The position numbers and the translations under genes were made by a program. The notes under the pieces were generated by a model. The model was not told the DNA's origin, searched no databases, and saw nothing but the letters and a program-made list of their open reading frames with translations. Positions 32,511 through 45,368 of a stretch of 64,000 nucleotides of DNA are shown here, piece by piece; position 1 is the stretch's first letter; each line of letters begins with the position of its first letter. Source of the stretch: Ophelia neglecta. Lineage: Eukaryota. The stretch spans positions 22,320,001 through 22,384,000 of the forward strand of contig OZ260666.1 in assembly GCA_965285935.1 (NCBI GenBank). The letters run 5' to 3'.

Positions 32511-35229
32511 ATATTTGTTTACTCTAGTTATTGGTGAGGTTTTTTTCTATTATTCTGTTCGCAACGTCTAATATTCATAAACCCCTACTGCCTCACCATA
32601 TATAGTGTAGTTTCCAATATTGATACATGGAATAATAGGTTTTTTTGTTTGCACTCCTTTATATTATATGAGTTTGTAATAAACTTTATAAGGAAGCATT
32701 TGGTTTTGAAAACATGTTTTATGCGGTTATTGTGCCGTTTATTGACCATCCTCAGAACGTGGCCGCAATGTTTGTTTAGTGTAATGTCATCTTTGTCACA
32801 AAATTATTTTGCACTCGAATTTGCTCCTGAACAAGAATTTTCCGATTTGATATATTTTATTGTCCTAGATGGTGGCTTATAGAAGTTCAATTATTCCTAT
32901 TGTGCGCTACAAAAATGAGTGATAGCTGAATTATTTGGCATCAAATAACTAGTAGTAATGTAGGAACAAAAATCAGTTTCCGTTGTTTTTAAAGGCCTCA
33001 ATAAGTAGTGTATGTAGAGCAAGGCCGATTTGATAGAAGGTTCTGCTTTATCTCGTCCTGTTTCGCTGGCTCAAGGAAGTAGTGTTTCAAAAGTTCTACT
33101 TTTTTAAGTGGATCCTCAATAAGTAGTGTATGCGAAGGAAGATCTGGTTTTGCAGGCTTAAGGAAGTAGTATAGCCAAATGTTATAGTTTCTTAAGTGGT
33201 TTAAGTGTGCCTTGAGCTGAAACGTTGAAATATATTAAATGCCCTTAGGCACTTAAGCCTAATAAGAAACTACGAGTAGCCAACAAGGCGAAATAGTATA
33301 GTAGATATAGTAATACTCTGATATAGTTTGTTATAGTGGATATATTAGCGACCTTATAAGTCAATACTACTTGATGACGCAGTTGTCACCTGCGGACATG
33401 AACTTCAGTGTCCTGCCTGATGTATAAATTTTTTTTCGACCGTTATACACTACTCTCACCAGGGATAAAGAGGAATTATCTTGGGATAAACAGAAGGCAT
33501 TAACTAGTTGAGAAATCCTTTTTTTAAATTGGAAAACAAGGAAACCAAATTATGTTAGTCCGGAATTGGATATTCAAAAATTAATTATGTGTCGTTACCA
33601 GTTAAGTTTATTTCTATTATTTATGATGCCCAGTCATTCCCGTGTTAATAGTCCTATTTTAACAGGATGAACACGTGTGCAGAAAGGTCGGTATAAGCTG
33701 TAATGTAATTCTAAACTACAGCTGCAAAAAGCAGTAATCATGAATGAGCGATCTGATATCGACATTGCAAAAAGAAGCAAACATTACATATCAGATACCA
33801 TGTCTGTGCTATGATCACCAAATTGACGAGGTCTGGCCTCTTTGGACAAAACAACATAGGTTAATGTAAGAGTTGGTCGGGTGGCGAAAATAGGAAAATT
33901 GTCTGCATTAAATTTAGCGTAATTCACAGAATAATACTTACTCCCTCCTTGCCAAACTATATATCTGCACGTCTATGTTACCGCAGAAATACATAACTGA
34001 AGTGGTGGGAATGATTAAAAGAGATGGCATACAGGGGGTGTTTAAAAGCGTGCGTGGATAGCCAGCTGACAAAGGAAAATCAGTAATCAAGAGTATACCA
34101 TTCAATCGGTCCGAAATCATAAGGAACCCAGGCATACTTACATCAATCCCCAGACAATGCTGTAAATCCTACCTTGTTTATTTAACCCCCATTTAGCCAA
34201 GGATTTAATAGTTATCTGCAAAAGAAAAATAACATTATTCCATATAATAGAACATCAGCATTTTACAAGGAAAGACGTTATTTGTTAACAGTAGGCTCAC
34301 CAGGATACCAAATGCGGTATATGTTTGGTTCCTGGTGACGGTCATACAGTGTAAATGGAGCGCAAATTGGAGCGCAACTGTTTTTTTTTTTTTGGGGGGG
34401 GGGGGGCGACTATTAGACGATGAGATCACTCAAATATGTAAGGGCAAGATCTTGAAATATCTTGAAGGCGAATAAAGACCATTCAATTTAAATCCAAAAC
34501 AGGCAGGTATTGATGTGCTCTGGCCATTTACTGCACGTGATCAACCGTGTTCCACCTATTGGATTTTCTAATAGTATGTTGACAGTCTTAAGGACATCCC
34601 CAGTGAGATATCACTTCCTCCTACAAATGTTGCGAACGCTGTACATTGTGGACTGACACACGTACTGGATTTAAAATCCAAATACTGTCGAAATCATGCC
34701 TGTGTCACACAGATTACACAGAGTGATACCAGCTCCATCAATAATAATGCTGTTATATCTAGACTTTACAAGTGTCGACTGGCGACTAGTCTTCAGGGCC
34801 AGGAATTCGTATTTCCCCCGTTCAGCTTTAAAAAGCTATTGTAATCAAAAGTCGAACTTCGCTAATACTAGATTCCATTGGAAACAAGGATGGCAATAAT
34901 GTCAAGCCAAAGTATAAAGCTAAAGCCTTGGGGTACGAAAGGTACGACAGCTTATGGTTTTTAATAAATCCCCGAAATACAACGTACGCACGAAATGGAA
35001 AACTGGATCGATGACACTTCCTTGGGTGGAGGGTGGGGTGGAACATTATTATTCATTTCATTATACATAGTATATATAGAACAGATTAATATATATATAT
35101 GAAGAATTTGGTATTTCGTTTGAAAATAACCGATGTAATAACACCTATATATGTTTCAAACACCAAATCACGATATTATTTCAGGACATCTTACTTTACT
35201 TTCAACCAACAGTATTATAGCTTCTAGTC

Positions 35230-36150
35230 TGGATCTTCCTAGAATAAACTGGCAACCAAAACGGCACAAGAGTCCATATTAACACCGGTTCATCTTTCAG
35301 CAATGCTTACGAAAACTTTCAGAACTGTTAAGGAATATTTGGAAAGGTATTAAGCTGTAGTCATTCGTTACTCAGATGTCCAACCTACGTGAATTCTAAA
35401 AAAAATGGTAAGATCATGTTACGGTTTCTTGAAGATCTCGGTATAACTGAATACCGGTTTCTTTCTACCTGGGACTTCTCTACCATGAATACTTCACTCC
35501 CGCATGCTGAAAGAACTTATAAAACAGCACACTGTTCAACTCGTGTAAACAATACAAAATGTTCTTTATATGCTGAAAGTCGAGGTTTGAGTTCAACCTA
35601 AATTGTCGACTTGCTGTTCTTTCTCATAGGGAACATATTTGTCCCGGTGGGTAGTGAGGTGTTTCGTCAAACTATTGGTATTCCAATGGGATCCATCTGC
35701 GCTCCTTTGATGGCTGATTTGTATCTCTTCATGGATGAATACGATTTTTTATTCAGTTTTTTCAAGGCTGGGGAATTTTCCAACTTACTTAGATACGAAG
35801 ATGACTTATTTTCGTTTAATAACAAATACTTCAGACAGTAGTTTGGTAAAACTTATCCATCATTTCTTGGACTTAAATATACTAATGCCAGGCCCATTGG
35901 TTGTTCTTATTTGCATAGTATTTTCTTTAGACCAAAGGGGTCTTTCAAGTTCAAATCTTTATGCAAAGGTGATTAATTCGATTTTCCAACCGTAAATGTC
36001 CCATTACTTCAAAGCAATATTCCGCACATGGGGTGTTTTCTTTGATGCTTGTGGGCTGGTGCTTTCTGTCTGATTTTAACAAAGGCAAGAAACCCTGCTT
36101 ACGGAATTACTGACCCAGTGATACGAGTTCTGCAGCCCTGCGAGCATTTT
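35230..36150 (+). mobile_element. Decayed Penelope-like element RT
   Basis: WDFSTMNTSLPH, FRQTIGIPMGSICAPLMADLYL and RYEDDLF, plus a frameshifted FDFP.VN.P..QSNIP segment. Confidence 0.85.
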
Positions 36151-36843
36151 TTGTGCGATAATGGATTTCATCAAACCAAAGGAAAATCAATATATGATCG
36201 ATGACTTTAGGGCTTTTCATGTGTAGTTTCAAGTCGCAATTGTTTTAACACCTACGCAGTAAAATACTTCGATGACATTGCGGGATCTATTCCGCTCATC
36301 CTAGGGCGACATTGTGATATACTATCGTATGGTGCAGCTGCACGAGTTCAGTAAATAATAAAAGCGTGCTTGTTCACTATACATAGTACAAATTATATTA
36401 AGCAATCGAGGAGATTTTACACCCCTCCTTTGTCTTGTGTTAATTGAGAGATCTTACACCATCAAAGACACTCCTGGCGCATACTTCTGTGTTCTACGTT
36501 CACTACTGACTCTTTGTTTGGGGTCTGACTCGCATCATGGAAAGCTGTTCACTACTACTCATTACAAGTAGCAATGCGGTCCCATTGAACTCCCAATATG
36601 AAAGAAAATGCCGGAAATTAATAATGCAAAGCCATAATTGTAGTACAAATACGTCGTATGTACACACGCTGTGCATTGAGCGAGAAAGATAATTTTATCA
36701 TAGCTATATTAGAACCTTATGTAGTGACACACCATATCACAAAGAGGTGAGCCTAGCTGTTACTGTCTCCCCAAGACTAGGTCACTTCAATTGCATCGTT
36801 GCTCATTTCCAAGCTCTGAAGGATAATTATATCTCTCTTCACT

Positions 36844-38221
36844 ATGGCAAACTCGGAATGTTTTGAATTATTTGAGTTGGGTGCAGAAGAGGGCAGCCAT
36901 CCCGATTCGACTAATCATGCCAAGCCATGTGGGAAAACATCGGAAAACATAGGTAGGTCACAGATAACTTCAATCATTGCTAAAGATGTCCCGCAAAGCC
37001 CCGAAGTCGACAATGAATCCTCGTCGAGTTCCTCGGACACCCACAGCTTAACGACTGATGAGTGGGCGGCAATTTGTAACGAGCCTGAATATGAAATAAC
37101 TGCCATACGGTCAGATTATCTTCACCCTCCCAATTTTCCTCTTTCTGAGATAGCCTTGGTAACTGCCCCTGATACCGAAAGCCATATATCTAACGAGGTA
37201 CAAACACCTGTCCATAATAATAGTCAAGATCACAATGCACCTTCCGCTCAGACAGCAGGCGACACTGTCAGTTCTGAACAACAAACTGATGGGAATGTCG
37301 TCACAGGCGCGTCCGAAATGGAAAATACGACGAGCTTCTCTAGAAAAGACTATTTAACCTTTAAAACTGTCCGAAGAAGCCAGATGATATTGGTTATTGA
37401 TACAGATAACACATCGCATGCGTCAACTGGAACCCCCGTGCCACATTCGTCCGATAATGACCAAGAAATTGAATGTTCACAGCCTGTTAACGATGCATTT
37501 CGTCAACAACAAAATCTGCAAAAATTAGAATCAGTTACACTATCTGGTACGCTTGATCAAGATGAAGACCGTAAGAAGAATCGTGCACGTTCCTGCACAG
37601 ACGAACGAACACCGAACGCTCAATCAGATGCGAAAGTACATGTTGATCCCCTTGAAAGTAATCTTGACCAACCTACACCACGACCCTTGATTAATCCAAC
37701 AGAGCTAGTTAGAAGTACAGAAGAGCGCCTTGAAGTGAACGTAAATAGCGACAACTTACCGGCAAGGTCATTACCACTAAGGCCTAGATATGACCCTGAT
37801 GAGTCCATTGACCCTCCGCAACCATGCCGACGATATACAAAGGAACACGACTATTCAACAATAAGTGATTACGGTATTAACAGCGACAATGCCGATCTGG
37901 CTGAAGCAGAGAATGTACCAATTGAAGTACCCGAAATATTAACGACAGAAAATCCCCCGACAACAAACCAGTATGAAAAGCTGGATTTTACTAGAAGAGA
38001 TGGATGCAGAGTAAATTGTAAGGCTTTGCCATACATTATTACGTCGTTAATAACAGCCGTGATCGTTGGACTTCTATGGACTGCTCAGCAATACGACTGG
38101 TTCAGGGGTGAGTTAACCATGAATCTAGGTCAGAAAGAAGGAGGCTTAATTTCCACTGATACTTTGCTGATGTATTCCGAACCAGTGACTCGAGAACCTT
38201 CAATTCCAACGGCAGCTCCAG
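36844..38221 (+). CDS. Type II membrane Ig-domain receptor, exon 1 (disordered N-terminal tail, TM helix, stalk)
   Basis: 459-codon open exon, no N-terminal signal peptide. Hydrophobic ALPYIITSLITAVIVGLLW at ~38023-38080 follows basic residues. Donor G|GTAGGA is phase 1. Confidence 0.75.
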
Positions 38222-38735
38222 GTAGGACAACCCATCTATCTTAATTAAATCAATGAAAGTATAAACATATACATTTCTATATCAGTGTGAGCTCAGGAAC
38301 AACATGATGATAATACTTATATGCTTTAACATTATGGCCATAGGGAAGAGGGCGAAAATCAATAGTATATCCGGTATTAAGGAAAAACTAGCCTTATGGC
38401 ACTGATGTTATGTTCAGACACGGTTTAGTCACTGTGGCAGAAATACGATATTGTTTCACAAGTATAATTTTGTTCTTTAACTGTAAATTGCCCCTAATAT
38501 GTCTATATTTGAGAACAAAATTTAAATATTTTTGGGTGCATTGACCAGTAGAAGGAGTAACACAAGCTGGTAAAGGAATTTATATTAATCCGTGTAGTAT
38601 CAGTGGCATATATTTGGTTATGTAGTGGTACTGGGAAGGAAAATTATAGGGTTAAATATACATACATCGCTAGAAAATAAATCAAATGCTGGCCTCTTTT
38701 AAAGGTCTCTAAAATATGGTATGGTGTCATTCTTC

Positions 38736-39058
38736 CCAAAGCGTGGCCGAGTGGTTAGGGTGTCCGCCTCGCAAGTGGGAGATCGGGGTTCGCTTCTCGA
38801 TCGCGTCAAACCTAAGACGTAAAAATAGGTACTGATAGCTCCCCTGCCAGGCACCCGGTATTTCGGGGTAGTATCAGGACAGGTCAACCCAGTGTCAGTA
38901 TAATGTGACTAGGTGGGGTTCCCTGTCTGGTGTCTACGGCAGGTACTCCAGTGAGGCAGCACTCTAAAGAGGGCATTGAGCCCACTGTCACAAGTAGACA
39001 CAGTGGCGATATGACCGCTTAGTGTTGAAAGCCACGTAAAACCCCAAACAACAACAAC
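38736..39058 (+). mobile_element. Full-length tRNA-derived Meta-domain SINE in intron 1 of the Ig gene
   Basis: A box TGGCCGAGTGG, B-box-like GGTTCG, central gtcaaacctaagac...ggtact...cctgccaggca domain, gttgaaagccacgtaaaacc 3' end and (AAC)n tail. Confidence 0.87.
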
Positions 39059-39588
39059 CCTAGCGCAGTTGGTTCTGTGCTAAAAGGTCAGCGATTTGAT
39101 GCCAGTGTAAGCGATTGATATGTTCGAATTTACTGGCATCAGACTGTTACCGATTTCCTTTAAACCCGAACTTCGGGAGCCTTGTTAGATCCGTGTGTTA
39201 CAACGTGACGCTCATTTATCATGAATGAGGAACCCCTAGCAGGTCTTTGACATAGTCTAGTAAAGGCGAGCCCAACTATGCATCTAAGTTGTTGGTTGCC
39301 TCGTGAAAAGGTCCCGTCGATAAATGCACTATAGTGAGGGAGAAAGGTTGTTCATAGATGTATAATAAGTTATGCTTATCTCTCAGTAAAAAGCATGTGG
39401 TTTGAAAGTAACTATTAGCAACCGACATCGGCGACAAAATAGCAGTTGCTGAAGCAGCTTTAATGATCATCTGATCAATTTATTGGAAAATATCGAATGT
39501 GGATTAATTATCATCCCTTTATACGATGAATGATTAATTATGCTTTTATAGTATCTGATGTTTGCTGTATTGATCTTTTGTTGTTCAG

Positions 39589-39906
39589 CAGAAGTCGTAT
39601 TTAGTGCCTCTTACATTGGTGGAAACGCCACACTGCGTTGGAGTAGCCTGGGCATAGCTAGGTATCCACCTATGGCGTGCGTGAACAATTATGATTCGGT
39701 CTTGTTTCTGTTTCTTAACTTTTCGGCAAGTAAAATAAACCAAGGGGACTCCGAAATTGACAATCAAAGAGCTTTAAAATTGTTCACTGACAAAGAAGCC
39801 CAAACATTTGGATTCACACTTATCAATGTCACCATGAGGGATGCCGGGATATATAAGTGTAAAGTGACAGGACAAATAAAACGGAGTGGTACTATATTTA
39901 TCTGGG
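39589..39906 (+). CDS. Ig receptor exon 2: V-set-like Ig domain
   Basis: NAGNAG acceptor ttcag|cag and donor G|GTAGT-type G|GTAAGT, phase 1-1; GGNATLRW and FTLINVTMRDAGIYKC motifs. Confidence 0.85.
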
Positions 39907-40444
39907 GTAAGTGATGTGACATATATGTGTATCTTATTATGTATATATACATATTCAATAGTAGATGTGGTGTCTGCCTTGTTGGTTTCTCTGAAATAAG
40001 TCTCAAAATACGACTGTGACACTGATTATAAAATGGCAAAGGTTATGATAAGCATTTCATAGCTGGAATCCATTATATAAACAATTCGCAGATGACGACA
40101 CATAACTCGGTGAAATTTAGAGTCTATTTTTATGATGATTTTTCACATGGCTTTCCCTCCATGCAATAAAAAGATATTGGAATTAGCGCGGGATCAATGG
40201 CTTCATTTACGAATTATTAATCTAGCAAGTTGTCTGATTTATCTATGATTACAGGCTTAGTTTAAATACTGCGGTATGCCTATTCAATCTCTATAGTCTC
40301 TTGTCTGAATTTATCGAAAAATTAATGTTTGATTTCTTTATCATATACCTTACCTCAATCATACATTAAGTTTTTATATGACGAATTACTCCTGAAATAA
40401 ACTGCAGCTGATTGTAAATTACCAGCTTTTTCTTCGTTATACAG

Positions 40445-40714
40445 GCAAACCACTTAAAGCTCGTATAACGCAGGAAGGCAGTATGTTGAGATGTGACGTT
40501 CAATCTACTTCTCTACCAGTAAGGGCCCGACCCCCAATGTTGTATACATGGTTCCGGAATGGTTCTTTTCATGTCAATGAGACAAATGATTCCTACCTAC
40601 CACCACCAGTAGAAAATTGGCGGATAGGCATTTCGCTTTATTCCTGCTATGGGAGAGAAGAAGGCTCTTCCTTTGTTTCGGACCAAAGTCGGAATGTTTC
40701 CATTACCGAAAGAG
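40445..40714 (+). CDS. Ig receptor exon 3: C2/I-like Ig domain
   Basis: Acceptor gttatacag|; MLRCDV...YTWFRNG...YSCYGRE; donor G|GTAGAT; phase 1-1. Confidence 0.85.
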
Positions 40715-41762
40715 GTAGATATTTCCTCATACTGTGTACTATATATCTCGTTCATGCTCCTTGTAAGGCAAAACACATATTGTTGGTATCCAGCGTTGAA
40801 CGTCCGAGCTCAGGAAAACCGGCAAGTAATTCTTCAATTGGACGTCATATTGAAAGTTTTAAGTTTTCCAATTTATATGTTTGTGCGCGTTATATTGTGG
40901 ATAGATTTCCAGTAAAGCTGAACTTACAGCTTGTTTATATCACATATGGTCATGTTTTTTTTTAGATGGTCAACGAATGCCACCGTCGAATTTTTTTCAT
41001 AGCACAGGTGAGCTTAAAATAATTTGCCCTGTGTCCAGATGTTTACCCTAATTTTTCTTGACAACCTGAATGATCGATATGGTTCATTTGATGTTTTAGG
41101 TTGCTGTTATACAAACCGATCATTTGGTTTACTTTACAGCACGAAATGATTTTATTAGACGAAATCTAAATTTTCTTTAGTGTGAGGACTGCTACGAACG
41201 AGCCGTAGCGAGGCGATGACTGACCCTTAAACAGCTTGTTTGTCGTAAGATTTCAACTGATAGGTGAAATCGAAGCCACGATTTGCAGGCCGCAAAACCT
41301 ATCCATCAGAATAGCTCTAACATTTGTTTCAGGAAATGAAAGAACCTTAGGCTCAGCAGCTAAAAATGATAAATCCTATTAATTTTCGGCCGTGAGTCGG
41401 GACAAAGCGCAAGAGATGAATACTGTAAAGCTTAAAAGTGGGGTATAGAAATGTAGAGCAAACTTCAGCTTTAACGTAATGAATCTGTGATGCCTGAGAT
41501 CTGGGGGACAACTTGCGGTATTCCCCTGGGCACGGATATTCAATGCATCACTGCAAGTAGGGTATATTAGAAAGGCCTTGTCTTTAAATAAATTAATTTT
41601 GCATATACATATGTATTGTCAAAGAAGTATTGCGTTTATTTAGGAGAAGAATGTTAAGGGAAAGTACTACAATTCAATGCCATTTGATGATTGATTATAC
41701 ATTATCCATACTAAACAAATAAGGAATACTCGCTGTTAACTGCCATTTTTCTTTAACTTTAG

Positions 41763-41782
41763 GCTCTTTCAACATGAACTAG
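41763..41782 (+). CDS. Ig receptor candidate terminal coding exon (GSFNMN*)
   Basis: Strong acceptor ttttctttaactttag|, phase 1. An alternative acceptor at 41333 gives GNERTLGSAAKNDKSY*. AATAAA at ~43246. Confidence 0.45.
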
Positions 41783-44700
41783 GCAACGGCAGCATTGCAA
41801 TAATTGCATAAAAGGAAGATTGTTAAAAGCACTAAAAGAAAATCACGGACACGATAAACCTCTACCCTTGTTGTCTGGTTATATCTGGTTATATGTGATT
41901 GACAATTACTGGCGACCGAAACACTATGGCAACAACAATCACCTGTGCAATGGCCTCCTACATGCAAAGGACAAGGATAGAAGTCTCAATTAAGTGACGA
42001 TCGTTAAGGACAAATAATCGTACATAACATTCAGTTTGGGTCTTCATCTGTACAATATTGCTTGGATATTCTAAGAGATGAATAACCAAACCGAGATGTG
42101 CGTGACACTATTTCATACATTAATGCGAAGTGGCCTCTTGACATCAGAGACAGGTAAACCCAATCAAGTTACTTCTTCGTTGTTTTGCATTTTAATGAGG
42201 CTATATTTGCTTCATATTAAAATATGGCTGTAAGTAAGGTTTACAATGTGATTTGACAATGGGGGTATCACATAATATCCCTCGTGTTATTTTGTATTCA
42301 GATATAGTTAGAAGAACAACATTTTCTACATGATTCTTGTATACCCTTCATATAGACTTAAGACGTGATAATTAAGCATGATAATACAGCATGTTATATG
42401 TTACATATGATGATAAAAAAAGAGCATAAGGTCAAGAATGCATTGTGTTTAATATAGTCTAGTTATTCTTATTTCCTTTGAAGAACATTAACACTGCTTT
42501 GTATATTTTTCTTACATATATCATTGACCAATTCAAAATACTTCCAGCTTAGTTGATGGTTCAGCTAACGGTAAATTAAGGAAGGACGCACAGAAATATG
42601 TTATGTTTACTCCCCACCCACCCCCATCCCCCTTTCATGTCATAATGTGTGTTGAAATGGGACACCACATGATATTCAGATGGTTCTAATGTTGAGACAA
42701 CATAAGTTTGTTATATTAGAATGATAATAGTTGCATGAAGGGCACATTATTGCTTACTGAGTGGTTAAGATAAGAAATTTATATCATTGATGTATCAGAT
42801 CTACGTAATCTGAGCTAGTGCTTATTATAATCGCTAAGGTGCATCAAGAAAACTAATTCATATTATACTACACTGTACATATAATGATAATCTGACACAG
42901 ATTGAATGTCCAATTAATAACGAAATGTTTTCTAAGCATTTAAGTGATTTGTTATGCAAATATATGTATGGGTTAAACATTTAGTCAACCAGCATAATTT
43001 TATATACAAGAACACATGTGTGTGGCGCTGCCTTTGCTGAGCTGTCGTTTTGTTTATACATTTAACTACGACAATCTTTTCTATGCCTCGTTATATTCAC
43101 TCAATATATTCAGCATCATTTTATTGGCGTTTCTAACTAACGGATGCATATAATAATCAACTGCTTTCAACTCATGTTAAAGTATGTCATGCTTCTGTCA
43201 ATAACTACTCTCTTAGTCATGTTCTTGCTGTATATAATGTTTTGCAATAAAATATTATGAATATAAATATTTGCAATGTCATAAATGCTTGTAGTGACGC
43301 GGAATGGTTATTCGTCTGGTTGAGGTTTAGAATATCTTGGGGTTTCGGCTTCATTCAGATTATTTTTGATGTTTTATCGTTTTGAATAATAAGCGACACA
43401 GTATAATGCATTTGTGAACTGATTACACATATGCGCTAGTTTAATATCTTAGCAGTTTACACCAACAACAATTTTCGTCTAATGCCAATGGTTAATTTGA
43501 TGTGTATCAATGGGATATGGATATTCACCAGACCGCAGTGTCAAAAAGTGGCGTAAGGAAATAAATATATAAATTAGGCAAACAAAATATTGCCTATTGG
43601 TCAACACAAATATGATGGAAAGTACTGATCAAAAGCTATCTTCACAAAATCGTTTTTTTTCAACAATGGAGACGTGATCATTGAACATTTTCATAAAGGT
43701 CGCTGTGATCTTGAAAATCAAAACACCTTATATATTAAATTAAGGGTTATAAAATTGGTAATTCTCATATTAGTTGATCAAAGTCGATTTATAAACAACT
43801 TTCAAGCGTGGCCTGAAACCAGCGCGGCAAATAAAATTGTATTATATGGAAGGATTATAAAGGGCTAAAACCCATAACATTCTCGCTTCCAATCACTCTC
43901 CGCACTCACCCATGACAGAAATCTTCCTCAATAGAATTCACCATAGATTTAGCAAGTTCAATTATTTATGATGAAATAATAACGATGAAGACGGGGCTGG
44001 CGATAGATAATAATTCAACTAAAACCATTAACTGCAGGCCCACATTACATCAACTGCCTCTCTCATTAGTGTAAATAAAGTTGGGGCCAAATGTGAGTGT
44101 AATGAATATGAAGTGAAATATCATTCTAAATGATAAATACTCCAGAAGAAAAAGACGTAACATACAGCGAGTCCTTGTGTAATGTAATGGTAAATGGTAA
44201 TGAAGGTATAGAAATAAATTGGTTCGGACGAATCTAAGATGGAATTGACATGGTTATAAAAGTTGGCACAGCTCCATATTATTTTGAAAACATTAGCTTG
44301 CCAAAAGTGTTTTGAGTATATAACACAATGCAACCAATGTCACAGTTTACACAAAATAGGCAAATTTAATATCAACGGTGATTATGCTTTGGTGTACATT
44401 ATTTCAAAAAGAAAAAAGAACTAGGTGGGGCGGGGGGGGGGGGGGTCATTGTTCGTGCCTGTAGAATACCACACTGCTTAGCTCTAAAGCGACAATCTAA
44501 TTACACATTGTCATACAACAGTGAAGTACACGGTTAAAAGTCCAGCCGTCTACAACCCCTCTACTAGTGTTGATCAGCAGGGTATTTCAGACAAGCTTGC
44601 TCAGACCTATTAAATTTGCGCAAGGGCAAGGTACAGTTGGCGCGTCTTTATTATCATACACAGCTTATCTCCGAATCATATAATTAATGGCTTAATGTTG

Positions 44701-45368
44701 ACATAACATAACCTTGATACTCGTATTCTGGTACAATTACAACAATCAGTCGTAGACTCCGGTCTTGCGTGTAATGCAATGAAAGGCTAGGATGCATATA
44801 TTTTTAGCTGAGTTGTTAAATTTGAAGGGCGAGGACGCGCTGATATCTTGGCTAGCGATCAAAATCAATAAGTCGGCTCTAGGCCCAGGACTGACTTCAC
44901 CAGGGCTTACGTCAGAGGGCCGGGCTCCCGCCCACATTTGAGGGAATATCCAAGCCATTCATCGAGAACTGTAATATACACCGAGGAAACAGACAAACGC
45001 CCGACTCCTTATCAAATTCCAATCATATGATATTGAATATAAAAATCATATGAACGTTTCCAGCCTGTGGCTATAATATTCGTGACGTGACAGGTTACGC
45101 AAGATCAGTTATATCTGACATATAGGGCCATGCATGAAATGCAAGGTTTCAATCAATTAGTGATCTCAGCTGATTTTAGCTGTCCATTTGAACTTAAAAT
45201 AAGTGCCCCATTTTCAAGGTCAGCACTGTTTTGGAATCAATTCTAGCTATTCTACAATACTTTTTTTCTTCATTTTTTTTTATAAAAACTACGGTTTTGT
45301 TTTGCGCATGCGCGGTGGCCATTTTCAAAAATAATGTAGCTGAGGCCATCGAAGTTCTAGGCCTGAAA

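Noticed and set aside
33700-34200. Possible very old RT relic on the minus strand
   Set aside because: Only a vague resemblance (RLNGIL..SAGYP); no unambiguous motif.
38736-38810. tRNA gene
   Set aside because: The tRNA-like head runs into a SINE body and tail, and a second copy exists at 21384-21622.
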